This document shows positions 25,219 through 38,500 of a DNA stretch of 64,000 nt, one piece after another; positions within the stretch are counted from its first letter, which is position 1; the number at the start of each line of letters is the position of its first letter. The notes under the pieces were generated by a model. The model worked only from the letters and a program-made list of their open reading frames with translations, was not told where the DNA came from and made no database searches. The translations under genes and the position numbers were made by a program. Location: contig NC_135262.1 in NCBI RefSeq assembly GCF_964204865.1, forward strand, positions 6,572,001 to 6,636,000, in the 5' to 3' direction. This DNA is from Styela clava (lineage: Eukaryota).

Positions 25219-25623
25219 ATGGCAAGGGATCCTGATTCTGTTTTGAAATATTTGACTGAAGTTGAGGAGCAAGCCGAAGATATTCTCTCCGATAAACAAC
25301 AAATTGTCGACTTGGACAAACGAAGAAATATGAACAGAGAAGCATTAAGAGCTATAAAGAATGGCGTAGCCGCACCCAATAAATCTAAAACCTGGTTAAA
25401 TTCTGGTGGAATGTTTATCAAATTACCGTCAAGCGCAGCAACTGATATGCTCACTACAGACCAACATTACCTTGACGAAGAGATCAACAGTGTTCGAACA
25501 AAATTACATGATAAAGTTAATAAAATGCGAGATGTTGAAGGACAATCTGATTTAAAAGGATTTGACTTGAATGCCTTAAGTAAAACTGAATTAGAGGGTC
25601 TTCAGAAAAGTAGGCTGCTATGA
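25219..25623 (+). CDS. PDRG1: p53 and DNA damage-regulated protein 1 (prefoldin-like, PAQosome subunit)
   Basis: VLKYLTEVEEQAEDILSDKQQIVDLDKRRNMNREALRA...GMFIKLP...DQHYLDEEI...LKGFDLNALSKTEL; AATAAA at 25626. Confidence 0.95.
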   Translation: MARDPDSVLKYLTEVEEQAEDILSDKQQIVDLDKRRNMNREALRAIKNGVAAPNKSKTWLNSGGMFIKLPSSAATDMLTTDQHYLDEEINSVRTKLHDKVNKMRDVEGQSDLKGFDLNALSKTELEGLQKSRLL

Positions 25624-25940
25624 AAAATAAATCTACTTTTTGGCAAAAATTTGTAAGAATAAATAATCACCTTAAATTATAATCTGGGTGTTGGAAAACG
25701 CACCATTTGACCCTAATAACGACACTGTGGAAGTTAACAATCTGTCGAATATTTTGATAGGATTTTCACATTTACATTCACACATTTCACATTCTTTGGG
25801 AGAGGATAACTGAAAAAAGAAAAAAACGGCTAAAATATAATATGGCGAAGCAAGGCTTTTCGTTTGGTAAACAGTCCTATTGCGTATAGGAATAGTTAAC
25901 CAGTAATTTGTTTCAGATGCGTGAACTTGATGGTGTAGGC

Positions 25941-26256
25941 TAGGGCTACTCAACTATTTTTTACCAAAGATTCGTATACAAAATTACTGAGTTATAGTCT
26001 TTTCAGAAATTATATTTAGACATTTTTAAATGCACACTTTCTTAGCTGGCTATTGATTATTCTCTGATCGAGATAGTCCAGCGCATTCATAAGCAAATTA
26101 TACAGTACCTTTAAATCTATAAAAGTCATTTAATAAAAGGAACATTCACATATCCAAAGTGGCGCCAATGATCAGAAATAAAGAATCGGGTGCGGTCCGA
26201 ATCTAATACTCGAAAGGTGCGAATTCGGACCGCTGTCCGCCAGTTGAGTAGCCCTC
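25941..26256. mobile_element. hAT MITE inserted into a SINE copy
   Basis: TIRs TAGGGCTACTCAACT / AGTTGAGTAGCCCTC; TSD GTGTAGGC / GTGTAGGT (7/8, nnnTAnnn). Confidence 0.82.
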
Positions 26257-27505
26257 GTGTAGGTCATTGGCTTCTATCATCTAATGTTATTTCAGTGTAA
26301 AAATGTCAAATTTTGCTGTAAATTGTAATTTTTAAATATTTGATGCCCAAAATAAATGGAATATTTAAATACTTTCTAAATTAGTTTTATTCGATTCAGT
26401 GAATAATCAATTTTACGAATCATTTAAAATGTTTTTAATTGAATAAATTGAATTTTGCACAAATTATCGTTCATAGGTAAAAGGTGCAATTCATGAAAAT
26501 TGATATAGTCTTGCGCTTGGTGTTTGAAAGAAATCTTGTCATTTACCGATCCCCTAAAAACGGTCGCAGAAGAGTATTATTAAAAATGATGACCATTACT
26601 GTTATGTATTACTTTTATTATTAACAGTAAGTAGTTATCAAAATCCTTTGAATTCATCCTTGCTATCACTGTCAGTTCGATCTTTAGCTGTTGGAATTAA
26701 GTTAGCATAATGTAATTTTGTTTGAGTGCAATCAGAGGTATGGGCCAAATTTTTAGTGCGATCAGGTAATACGGCGTAATCATTTTGCGAGCCACGGCCT
26801 CTCGTCTTGTTACCAGTCCATGTCGGGTATGAAATTAGTTTGCTGGGTATTTATTTCAGATGCATGGAAACGTATTTATCTGTATTTGTTGTCCAATAAC
26901 AGAAATGTTACAATCGTCATCTGCTTGGTACTAATCTGAATTGGATAATAATAAGTATTTAGTATATACTGAATATGTCACTAATGTTTTTCATTGTTAC
27001 TACCATTTTTCCATAATATAGCATATATAGCATTCCATAGTAGCAAAATGACTGTTAGGCCTAATTGATTGTTTATCAGGAAAATTTATAAGGTCATGTG
27101 CATTAAATCCCAATTAAAGGGGACTCTGGGCTACTGCCGAAATGTTACGAGATGCTAAGAGTATATAGTTTTGTAATGTTGCATTGTTTACCAGCAGATG
27201 CCATTTACTTGAAATTTGAAACAAATCATGTCAATGCAATCAGGCTTTTTGGCTTAGAAGTTTATTTGTCTAGCCAACAGACCTCAAATGCTGAACACAG
27301 ATATGTGTTAATAAGTAGCAAAACAATTGTTTTTAGTTCTGGTAACTCTTAAACTTTTATTAGCTAATTTTTTGTGTCTATTCATTTTGACCCTAACGGA
27401 TTACAATATTTCTAATTCCATTTATTACTTTCTCATTATTTATTATTTTAGCTTATTAGTATTAGATGTAAAGATTTTTAGTTATCTTCCAAACCTGCGG
27501 ACTCC

Positions 27506-28096
27506 ATGGCGCTAACACTTGATTGGTTATGGAGATGCTTTGGATTTTCTTCTAATTCAAGAACAAATCAACAGAATTTATCGAATAATTCTGTTGTTCT
27601 CAATACAACAACAATGGGAACGGGTACGGTGATTGTTAAAAACGGTAAAAGGATATGCGGTACCGGTGGGGCTCTCGCTACAGCTCCTATTGCCCAAGAC
27701 AAAGGCTACTTTGAAGCAAAGGTACAAAGCTCTGGAATATGGGGAATCGGACTTGCACTCGCCAACGCAAATTTAAATCATGTTCCATTAGGAATGTGTG
27801 AAAAAACATGGGTATTCCGACATGACGGCACTGTGTGGCACAAAAATAATGAAATATGCAGGACAAAAAATTTACCAGCTGAGGGTGACGTTGTTGGTGT
27901 TACATTTGACCATATAGAACTGAAATTTTACCTTAATGGCAAGCCATATCCTTTTGTAGTTAGCGGTGTAAAAGGGAATGTATATCCTGTATTATATGTC
28001 GATGAAAGTGCAATACTCGATGTCCAATTTTCAAATTTCTACTTTCCGCCACCTAGTGGTTTCAGTGAAATCATGATTGAGCAACAAATTTTTTGA
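27506..28096 (+). CDS. SPRYD7: SPRY domain-containing protein 7 (intronless CDS)
   Basis: IVKNGKRICGTGGALATAPIAQDKGYFE...EGDVVGVTFDHIEL...VYPVLYVDESAILD...IEQQIF C-terminus. Confidence 0.95.
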   Translation: MALTLDWLWRCFGFSSNSRTNQQNLSNNSVVLNTTTMGTGTVIVKNGKRICGTGGALATAPIAQDKGYFEAKVQSSGIWGIGLALANANLNHVPLGMCEKTWVFRHDGTVWHKNNEICRTKNLPAEGDVVGVTFDHIELKFYLNGKPYPFVVSGVKGNVYPVLYVDESAILDVQFSNFYFPPPSGFSEIMIEQQIF

Positions 28097-28415
28097 TGAG
28101 TCATGTTTTTGTAGGTTCATGAATCACGATGGATTATAATTTTTATTGTTTTAAATTTTTCTCTCTTTGATTTCAAAAATTCATTTTTTAATGTTAGTAT
28201 TACACCGATGAATAGCCAATCGTTCAAAAATTTTAACGAAGATCAAATAAAGTATAATTCGATTTAATGATGCAGTACACATGACATGCAGTGATATCCA
28301 TAACATATTCTTTATTAAAGAATATGTTATAGATTGTAATTAGAATTACATTTTGAAAATCATCCAAACCATATGGACATTGCAATTGACCATTTATATT
28401 AGTATATAGAATGAT

Positions 28416-28634
28416 GGGTACTCCCGTAGTGTATGTACCAGGTTAGGTCATAATTTTATTCTGATTTTCCTTATTTTAATTCTATTACCGAGTTCAGGGA
28501 CTGTCTGTGTTAGCCAATTGAATATACCCCCTCATGCCCATAGGTTTCAGTCCCTTTACACAACTTGATATAAAGTGGGCGAAAAAAATTAGTTGGTATA
28601 TATATTATATTGGTACATACACATCTGGAGCGCC
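28416..28634. mobile_element. GGGTACTCC-family MITE (long variant)
   Basis: gggtactcccgtagtgtatgtaccaggttagg...ctggagcgcc; highly similar to 61459-61648. Confidence 0.8.
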
Positions 28635-29914
28635 GAACTATGTATGCAAAATAGCTCTTCAGTAAATGGATGATGCTCTTGTACATATATTCTATTTGAA
28701 TTTTAAAGATTTAGAGATACAGTTTCCAGAATTTGAGAATATTTATTTTTTTTTTTTTAAGAAATTTTGTCATACTTGAAACTGGATTTATTGTAAAATT
28801 TAGCATTTATCTTAATTTTGCTACTTATGCTATAATAATCAAATTTGAATTGAATTATGGGAAATATTTCATAATAGTAGGTATTCCGATATGCCAAGTA
28901 TTATTCTATACTGTGTTTCTTCTTGTGAGTAAACACAATGCTGAGGAGTGAGGGCATGTATATTTAGGGCAATTAAATTATGAGCATTGTCGAAATATCG
29001 AAATATGTACCAGTGTACAGGGTGTCTTAAAGTTTTTCAAATTGCAAAGAAAAGTTATCGTCTTTAGAAATATATAGTTTTTTGGCCCCTGAACTAAACT
29101 TAACAAATACTGATCAAAATAAAACAAACTTGGTTAAGATATGTTGGGAAAAGACTACATAACAAACTAATAATAGGATTTTAGGAACACTCTTTATTTT
29201 ACTTCTTTTGCCAAATGCTGTCTTGATCTTCTGATATGTGTTTAATGTTTCAATGCAAAGGGAAAAATAATTTGCCTATAATATATTTCCTACATGCAGT
29301 ATTTGACCTAGTATAATTACACATTATGTCCCATGTTCTAATTTTATTATATATTTTGTTTCCTCCATTTTTTGCCTATCGTAGAATTCCATTTTTAATG
29401 TTGCATGCATGTATCACTTAATAGAATAAATTGACCACAAATTGACATTTATCGAAAAATATTGTAGAATTTAATATAAAAAAATCCTTCTTATATTCAA
29501 TCTTTTTCGTTGAATGCCTGTCGAATATTTTAATCAGTTGTAGAGTAAAAATTAGGAATTTTTGAATTTGAAAATAGTATGGATCTCCTTGCTACCAAGA
29601 GCAAAAAGCAGTTTTCAATTCTAAAATTTCATTTTGTTTTTCCTTATTGTAATGTAACTAGCGCAAGTTCATAATTTTTGTAGATTTTTCTCGCCGCAAG
29701 AATCAATACTCCTGTCCATTTTGGAAGGTTTTTGGCAATCATGTTCAGATTACGCAGTATATTGAATAATGCATGTCAACACCGAAAAATGAAAAATATT
29801 TTTTTCTAATGCATATTTCTAAAACTTTATCATTATTATTGATTAATATTAGGATGTTTAAATTAGTGTTATAATATCAACTTGATGACACTGTGACGAA
29901 TTCGGTATATAAAA

Positions 29915-30673
29915 ATGAAAATCATTGTTGCTGGATTCTGTAAAACTGGTACAAAAACAATGGCCGCTGTACTTGATATACTCGGATACACCGTTTATGA
30001 TTGGGAACATCATCTATATTATTTGCAAGATGATTGGAGAAAGATTCTAACAAAGGGCGGAACAACTGAAGATTTTTATGGAATGTATAAAGATATTGAC
30101 GTCGGCGTTGATATACCGTTCGCCTTATTTTGGGAAGAGGTTCTAAAAGCGTTTCCAGAATCAAAGATTATATTTATGCAACGTCAAAATGAAGAAATAT
30201 GGTTTAAAAGTTTAGAAAATCAATTGAAAATGTTTAATAAGAACTTGCCTTTTTGTGCTTTAACGACTCTATCCTATACAGGATATAAATTTTTTTCTTT
30301 ATCTGGAAAATTATGCACCGTGTTATTTGGAAATCAAAGTTTTCTGCCTTGGAATATGTATAACGGAGTAAGTTCCACAGTCGCTTTAAAGCGTTATCGT
30401 GACCATTGTACGTCTGTTCTAACCAGAGCTCCGACAGATCGTCTGTTAATATTCAATATGAAAGATGGATGGAAACCTCTATGTGAATTTTTAAATAAAG
30501 ATTATCCAAATGTCCCTTTTCCACATGAAAATGAAAGAGGAAAATTAGCCGAAAATTTATTGAAATCTAGCCCGATATTCCGAAAGATGCAAAATGAAAT
30601 GATGGTTGCTCTAACAGTGATTGGTATATTTGTATGCTATCTACTTTATCTTGTTATAGGCGGGCTTACGTGA
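29915..30673 (+). CDS. Sulfotransferase-family (Sulfotransfer_4-like) P-loop protein with C-terminal transmembrane anchor
   Basis: MKIIVAGFCKTGTKTMAAVLDILGY (PAPS-binding loop), DIPFALFWEEVLKAFPESKII, LLIFNMKDGWKPLCEFLNKDYPNVPFPHEN, hydrophobic tail VALTVIGIFVCYLLYLVIG. Confidence 0.85.
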   Translation: MKIIVAGFCKTGTKTMAAVLDILGYTVYDWEHHLYYLQDDWRKILTKGGTTEDFYGMYKDIDVGVDIPFALFWEEVLKAFPESKIIFMQRQNEEIWFKSLENQLKMFNKNLPFCALTTLSYTGYKFFSLSGKLCTVLFGNQSFLPWNMYNGVSSTVALKRYRDHCTSVLTRAPTDRLLIFNMKDGWKPLCEFLNKDYPNVPFPHENERGKLAENLLKSSPIFRKMQNEMMVALTVIGIFVCYLLYLVIGGLT

Positions 30674-32553
30674 TGCAAAGTATATTCCACTTCAATATTA
30701 AGAAGTGCTATTTAAAGTTGAATATGACTCATTTGTCTATGTCACCGTTTCCTATAGCTGTCAGCAAAATTTGACAAAAAATTTAAATATTGTTCTATGC
30801 ATACTGGTAGCCTCAAATTCTTGTTATTGTATAATATGACGACATATCTATGATAATTTAGATCAGAGGTGTGCAACCTATATGTGCAATGTTCGCTTCA
30901 CACAAGCTAGCTGTTATGGAACTGTGAGAGATTGGAATTACTCACACCTACCAGTTTAAACTAAATTAAAAACTAGTTTCGCAGGCCGACACTGTTAAAA
31001 ATTGGCACTTCTCCACGTTATTTTATTAGACACGATCATTCCGAATAGTGACGCTTCATTGATATTTGCGTGCAGATATGAAAAAATTCTTCATAGTGTC
31101 AATAAGGCAGAGACTGTTTTTTTCATACAAAATTTCTTTTTGTGATCCATACTTTTGTTAGGTTTTGGAAGTGTATATTTTATAGTTGGTATGTAACAGA
31201 GCCTTCAAAACTTGGCTATATCTATAAAGTTCATGTGACGAAACAGAACTTCAGTCTATATACCAGAACTGTGGTGTCGAGAGTCTGAATTTTGGCACGT
31301 TTTCATTGGGGTCTCAGACTCTCAGCGAGAGTTGTGTTTTTAATTCCTGTGACAAGGAGTGGAAGGTGTAGACCTAATTAGTGATAATGAAAGCCATAGT
31401 TTTCGCTGGAAAATCAAAACTTTTATCTGGGATACAAAATTATTGTATTAATTATTGTCCTTGTTAGTGATTTTGTGCCGTTTATTCCACTACAGTATAT
31501 TTGTCTCTGAACTTATCAAATCAAGATCCTACACTCTCATGGTGTTTTGAATAAATGTTGCGCTTTTTTATCACCCCATTTTATTACCTCTATGTCTATG
31601 CAATATATTTCCCACATGTCGCAGACTGTATGGAACTCGGGTAAGCCCAAAGAATTTAAAATATGTTGTAATTCGTTCATCATAGACTTGCTGGAGATTT
31701 CAATACTGTATCTCTGTGAACAATAAACAGTGGAATTTTTCATATTGGTTGATAAATGAATGGTTGTTTTGACTGTTTTGGTGGACGGGCACTTACTTGT
31801 ACGTTTTCAACTTTTTTATTAAGTTATGCCCGTCCTCAAGGATTTAAGTTGCTTTTCGGGACTTTGGTCGATTGGTCTAAAAAATGTCAAGTTGAAATTT
31901 CACTTGTAAGCAATTCTATTTGTGGGAATGTTTTTTCATATTTCAGATTTATTCTATTTTGATTTGATTTTTTGGCCTTATCCTAATTCTGGAAGCAATG
32001 AAGCGTATAATGATTTGATTTTATCTATTTACAGCATCGGTTGCAATTCCCAACATGTCATGCTTCATTAGTTTCTTGTGTTGAATGAGTTTGATGTTAA
32101 CAAGATCCTTAGTTTGAAATATCTAGGGTGTGGTATGGTATTGTATTTTTAATATATTTTGTTTGCGCAGAAGCAGGCTTCACTTTAGTTGTGTGTAGTA
32201 CCGGTACATATTGTTGATTAGACTTTTGCTCATTAAGTGCTATTTGGCGGAATAAACATAAGTCAATCTCGCCATTTCTACGAACAGAAAGCGAACCTCA
32301 CACAAATTTTCTAGGGATAGGATTGGATTTTTTTCTACGTGAGAGGAAAGCCAATAGACGACTTCACCATATCGTCCTGTTGCCAACCCATGTTCGTTAT
32401 TGGAGGAGTCAACCAGTCATACATCAGATACATACCTTATTCTAATAGATTGAGTCTGGCAGTTATTCAGTTCACCCAGTGTTATTATTATTTTTTTTTC
32501 AGATAGCATATTTAGCATCTAGTAGTTTTTAAAGTTTGCGCAAATTATTAACA

Positions 32554-35500
32554 ATGAGATTCACACACAAAAATACTGTAATTTTTACTGCTCTGTTCCT
32601 GTGTTCAATTCAAACTATCATCGCCAATCATCAACTTAAGCAACGATTGAAGACCTGGGAAACTATATCTTCCGACGATATTACTTTTCATAGATCAAAA
32701 AGAAGTTTGGATGGCAAAGTTCCAACTGTTGATAAAGAGGTGAAATATTTTGAAATTTTTCCTAATTTATTTTTATTAATATGAATATGGTTTTATCAGT
32801 TGATCTCGATTTCTATATTAAAACCAGGCTCCGTTTCACTGTGGGAAATGTTCTGTTACCTATTTTTATAATTCAAAAATTGAAATGCTGTCAATTCGTT
32901 CATTGGTCATGATGAGAGATTATCAGCATGTCTTCAGTAGATTAGTACTAATACTATTAAATTAGCTGACAAGTCTGAAAGCTGAAAAGTCTGTCGGAAC
33001 AGAATTCGAATGGCGATGCATTGATGGTTTCTAATTATTCGGACGTTTCGCTCTCAAAGTATCATCATTTTTTAAGTCACGGTTTTTCAAACTTGGCCTT
33101 TCTCCCCACTAGGGGGCCACTGGCACAGCCTTCAGTGGTACCTTCCGTGATGATTACATTAATTTAAAGTGAATTGGCTGATTTGTTTAATTTTTTGCCT
33201 GTAATGCATTTGTTATTTTGTTTTCATTTGTTGGCCTGACTAATGGAAACTTGTTATTACAAACAATACTAGGTAGGCAGGGACCACAAGGGTTGATAGT
33301 TTTTGGAAGGGGTGGCATGTATTATGAAAGTTTGAAAACCACTATTCCAGAATATTTGTGTTCGAGATTTAGGAAATTGTTTATTAGGAAACTACATGTA
33401 TACTTTCAGTTCTTCAGTGCCATTTCATTTATTTTTCAGGTATCTTTTAATGCATTCCAACGTCACTTTCATTTATCTCTTGTACCTTCATCAGCAATTT
33501 TTGCTCCAAATTTCAAAGCTGCTGTTTATGGTCGAAATGGTAGAGAAGAAGTAACTCTGGATAAAACAAGCCTATTCACGGTAAATGTGACAAAACTTGG
33601 TCAATAAAGTGCAATAGTTTTTGAAAAGTTTTAAAAAATCGTTCATTTTGTATTCGTGAACTTGGTGGCCTAGTGGTTATTAAAGCATTATGGTCAACTG
33701 TGTTAGCATCGCAGGGTCATTGTACATTCCCACCACCTCACTCAAGCTGTAATAAATTAAGTAGGCAATGCTGAATTGAAGACATTCCAGTGTTCCCAAA
33801 ATAATATGTTTTCTTGTGGGGGTGCTTTTACAGGGTCTTGTTCCAGGAGAAAGGCTTGAATAAAAATTGTAGAAAAAAAATTTTCACTAAAAAATCCTGT
33901 CTGACAAAATTGAAAATGCCTGAAATTGTTGTTCGCTGTAAATAAAATATCTAGGCTATCAAAGCGGTGATTAAAATTGCGCGTCACATTGAAGTTTTTG
34001 AGTGTCATTTAGTACCGAATCTGCCTGTGGATGGAAAGAAATACTGGCAATGCTGCCGTGAGCACAGTCTATCATGATTTGTCATAGGTTAAACATTGTT
34101 ATTATTATTTGAGAATTTTCTAGTTTTCCACAACAAATATAAGAATCTGAATTTTGACTATTTTCTTAATTTTCAGGGAAGCGTGATGGGTGAGTCGGGG
34201 TCTTACGTTCAAGCACATTTAAATGGAAAAGAATTAATGGCGAGCATCAAAACGAAGCAAGATACGTATATAATCGAACCATCGTGGAGACATTTACCTG
34301 AGGATAAAGATAAATTAATGATTTACAGACGTTCAGATCTTAACATGACACGATTGGGAAATCCTCATAAAAATGACAGTTATTGTGACGTCAAATCTAT
34401 CATGGATGATATTCATCAGAATCAAAAAGTAAGTATGATATTTTAGTTTTTCATATTGCAAAAAATATAATAAATATAATAATACTTGATCACACTTGAA
34501 ATTGGTTACATTCTGATAAGTTCTTGCATAAACCGAGGATATACAATTGTTGCATTCAAAAATATTCTTGGATTTATGGAAGATTTAGAATATTTTTTAC
34601 AAAAGCTGTCATTTTGAACAATCATGAACCTCAAAAATATGGCATCTACTTGTGTATACAACTTATTTTCTGGAGTCAATTTGATCAATTTTAATATTTT
34701 TATTCATCTACTTTTTTCTCTTCTGAACATGACCTTGTTCTGGGCATGTTTGATCTTTTTGATCTATTATTCGACTCCTGTGGGGCATGATTATGCGAGA
34801 AAGAATTTAAGCCTTCCTTCAACGTTAAGTCCATGCATTTGAAACATATAACTGACTAACTAATCCCATCCTCGGCATAGACTGGTAACCGGATGAGTGG
34901 CAGTGGTTTGACATAAAATTTAGCGTCTTATTATCAGCGTTTCTTTCTAAAGGATAAATAGGTAAATCATATTCTTCATTTTAGACATCCCTGTTGTATC
35001 ATTTTTTATCTGTTATTATCAGCCTTTTATTTGTTATCTCTAATCTTTATCTCAATATTTGTTATTAGAAACAAGAGAAGAAACAGGTAACGTCAACTCA
35101 TCATAGGTCAAAACGTTCCACAAGCAAAAGGCTAAAAATTTGTACTCTATCTCTTGTGGCCGATCACAGGTATGCTTTAAAAAAACAAAAAATTTGTAAA
35201 TATTACTTACTTTTTATTATCAATTGCTTAATGATTGGATTCCTCCCCGGTTAGGAAACGTTGCACTATGGCATTCGTGTTTTGGTATTTTTTGTATCTA
35301 AATTATAATTTTGCCTTCAATTTTTTCAATTCAAAGTGCTATTTTTGAAAGGACCGTTATCTTTTAGGCTTGGCATTGCTACTCAAATTTATTACAGCGC
35401 AGGTTAGATGGTTGGCATGGCATTCGGAACCGAAGTGTTTGAACTACGACACCAACATGTCTCGTCCAACCTTTGCGTTTTGTTGCATATTTTTCTCTTC

Positions 35501-38500
35501 TCCAGTTCTAATTTTTGTCTACAATTTTTTCAATTTTAGATTTTATAAAGAAATGGGGAACAGCAACTATCAACAAACTATGTATTATTTAATTAACCTT
35601 ATTGAAAGGGTGAACCGAATTTTTAAAACAACAAACTGGAGTTCGGAAGAAGGAACTGACGAATACACTGGATATGGATTTCAAATTGCTGACATTAAAG
35701 TCTATAAAGAAAGCACATCGGAACCAAGGTGAAGAATTCTTTTCATTTTATATGAAACTCATTACTTATCGATCTCGATCGGTAAGTATGATGATAGGTA
35801 TATTTGTCTGTTAGACACTTTCGTATGTTACGTGATATCTCACGAAAACGAAGTTTAATCTGCTCCAAATTTTGCATGTGCATTCATCATATCTCGGACC
35901 AGAAGCCTATTTATTTTGGATGAATTATGCCGTATAATTAGCGAGTTGTTAAATAATTAGTGATGAGACATTTGGTGTCGCTATTAAGTCAGAGCGAATA
36001 TATCGAAATCGCAGATCGATAAGTCGGCAGTCTCCGATCGCTATCTAGTTTGCGCATTTCGCTCCAGATAAGGCTTTGTACAAGCTGAACCTAAGATACT
36101 AACACTGCTTTATCGTTCCCACAAATTAGGAGTTAAACAAGTTTGGGCATATGCTGAATATTAATTGTAAAAATCAAACTTATATTTACATGTTCAAATA
36201 TGATTCTAATTTGACTATAAAATCAAGAATTAACTGCATAAAAATGATAGAATATCAATACATACAATTTTATTTGAATATTTGGTTAGTGTTATATGCT
36301 TATCAGTCTTATTATGCTTCTGCGGATTGGCATCCATTTAAATTTAATCAGCAATATTTACATTACACACTCCTCTCAATACTGTGAATTGTCTTTTGTT
36401 TAATTTTGAAATTGGGGTCTAAAGTTAAAGTTTTATTGAACTGGCATCTGGCAGGAATCTTATTTTAGATTCCTTGATGTCAGGTGTAAATTCTTTGAGC
36501 ACATGAAAATTTTTTTTGAATTCACCTTTCAAAACTGGGTTTATTCTCTTGTTATTCCATTAGTCAAAGTGTTGCAAATTGATAAGGCTAATTACCAGAT
36601 TGCGGTGATTCTAAACTTCAGTGGTCGTTTATCTTTAAGTTTAGAATGGTAATGAGAAAATTCATATTGGAAAACACCATAAGATGCTTAAAAATATCCT
36701 TTCTTTTTTTATCATCTTGTTGATTTCCGGCTAATGCCAGTCATTTTTAATGAGATCTTACATTATGAGTATTATAAAACTATTTAATCAATTTCATCAT
36801 TATCAACCTGTGAGCGATTAAATTGGTATATAAATAATGATAAATTTCAATTCATTCCTCCTACAGCTTCAATTCCGACAGCACATCATGGTCGGCGAAA
36901 GGATTGTTAGAAGCATTCAGCGAACATAATCATGGAAATTGCCTTGCTCATCTATTTACATATGTTGATTTTAATAAAGGCGTACTTGGATTGGCATATG
37001 TTGGAGCTAGTAAGCTCGACGCTGTTGGGGGGATCTGCACTGACCCATATGAAAGAGGGTGAGTTATTCGACGATCTTACCGGAATATGATTTTTTTAAT
37101 ATTAACACGTGGAGAATAAAGTCGATGAGATGATTCATTCATATGACTAACCATGGCCTTTCAGCCGCTTACCACTCCATGTCTTTTTTGAGAATAGTTA
37201 ACCAGTTATTTGTTTCAGACAGACAAATAATGTTTGAAAATATGACTCTGACTACAAAAAAAATTTCCTAATCCATGTTTCCCATACTCTTATTGTTGCA
37301 TTTAATGAAACAATAATCTTGTTTATTTCTCAGTAATGGCAAACCAATTTGGTATCTCAATACTGGTTTAACAACAACTCGTAATTGGGGACAAAGAATT
37401 TTAACGTTAGAAGCAGATCTTGTCACAACACATGAATTAGGACATAATTTTGGTGCCGAACATGACAACGGTGAAGTCAAAGCATGCAGTCCCGGACAGG
37501 CAAGTTGAATATAATTTTTTTTAGTTTAGTACTTTGTCTGGTAAAGTATGCTATTATCATTCCTCTGCGGTTAGCTCATCTTGTGGGTGATCTTTCCATT
37601 CCCTTCTGAAACAGTCACTGCGATTACGCCTTCGTTGACAGGGTGGACTTTTCGGTGTATAATGACTTTTCTGACGCGTAAAATATTCAATCCATAACCA
37701 TTACGAGAATCCAAAATGTCCCTGAACCCCCCTGACTGCGCCACTGTGTGAGAGGATTGCTGTATTGTTGTCATAGGGTAGTTTACATAACTGCTAGTTA
37801 ATTACGACTTCCTCTACTATCAAGTATATGCAAATTTCTCTGGGCGCTATGAATTTCGTCTATAACTAGCCTATAACTTAATATTATCTTTTTAGTCGAA
37901 CAATGGTAACTTCATCATGTATCCTGCTGCAGTAAGTGGTGAACATGAAAACAATGATATGTTTTCCATATGTAGTAAAAATAACGTTCTTCCGTGTTTG
38001 GAAACAAAAGCAACAAAATGTTTTCATAAAGCTAAGGAAAACTTCTGTGGGAATTTTAAGGTACAGTTTCATGTTTACTGTGTTTTCAGGAGTATATGAT
38101 AAAACTCTCACGGTTGCAGCTAAATATATTTTTCAACTATTTCAAAATTCTGTAATTTCTGAGATAAAATAAAATTTTGTCGTGTGCTAGTAATGTATGT
38201 ATGTTCTTTGAATGTTTTTAAAATTCTATTTTTTTATTAAAATAAACTAAATCTTACAATAACTCAAATCTCTTTGAATAAATCAGTTTTTTACATGTCA
38301 TGCACTAATATTGATAGGTTATGAATTTTTAATATTCTTTGTTTTGGTAAAATGAGCCAAACTTAAATCATTTCGAAAAAATTTTCTGTATTTTTTCAAT
38401 TTTCATTTACCACTCTCAAATAGTGATAGTTATGATTTTTTTTCGAAATTTTCTATTTCGTTAAAATTAGCCAAATTTTACAATAAATAAAATTTTCTGA

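Noticed and set aside
25189-25221. TMEM230-PDRG1 fusion by stop readthrough (they are in the same frame)
   Set aside because: Two in-frame stops (TGA 25189, TAA 25207) would both have to be read through
33078-33344. Charlie-like MITE ends in ADAM17 intron and the 129-aa ORF 33218..33607
   Set aside because: No TSD match for the element; only 33440-33580 of the ORF is a real ADAM17 exon
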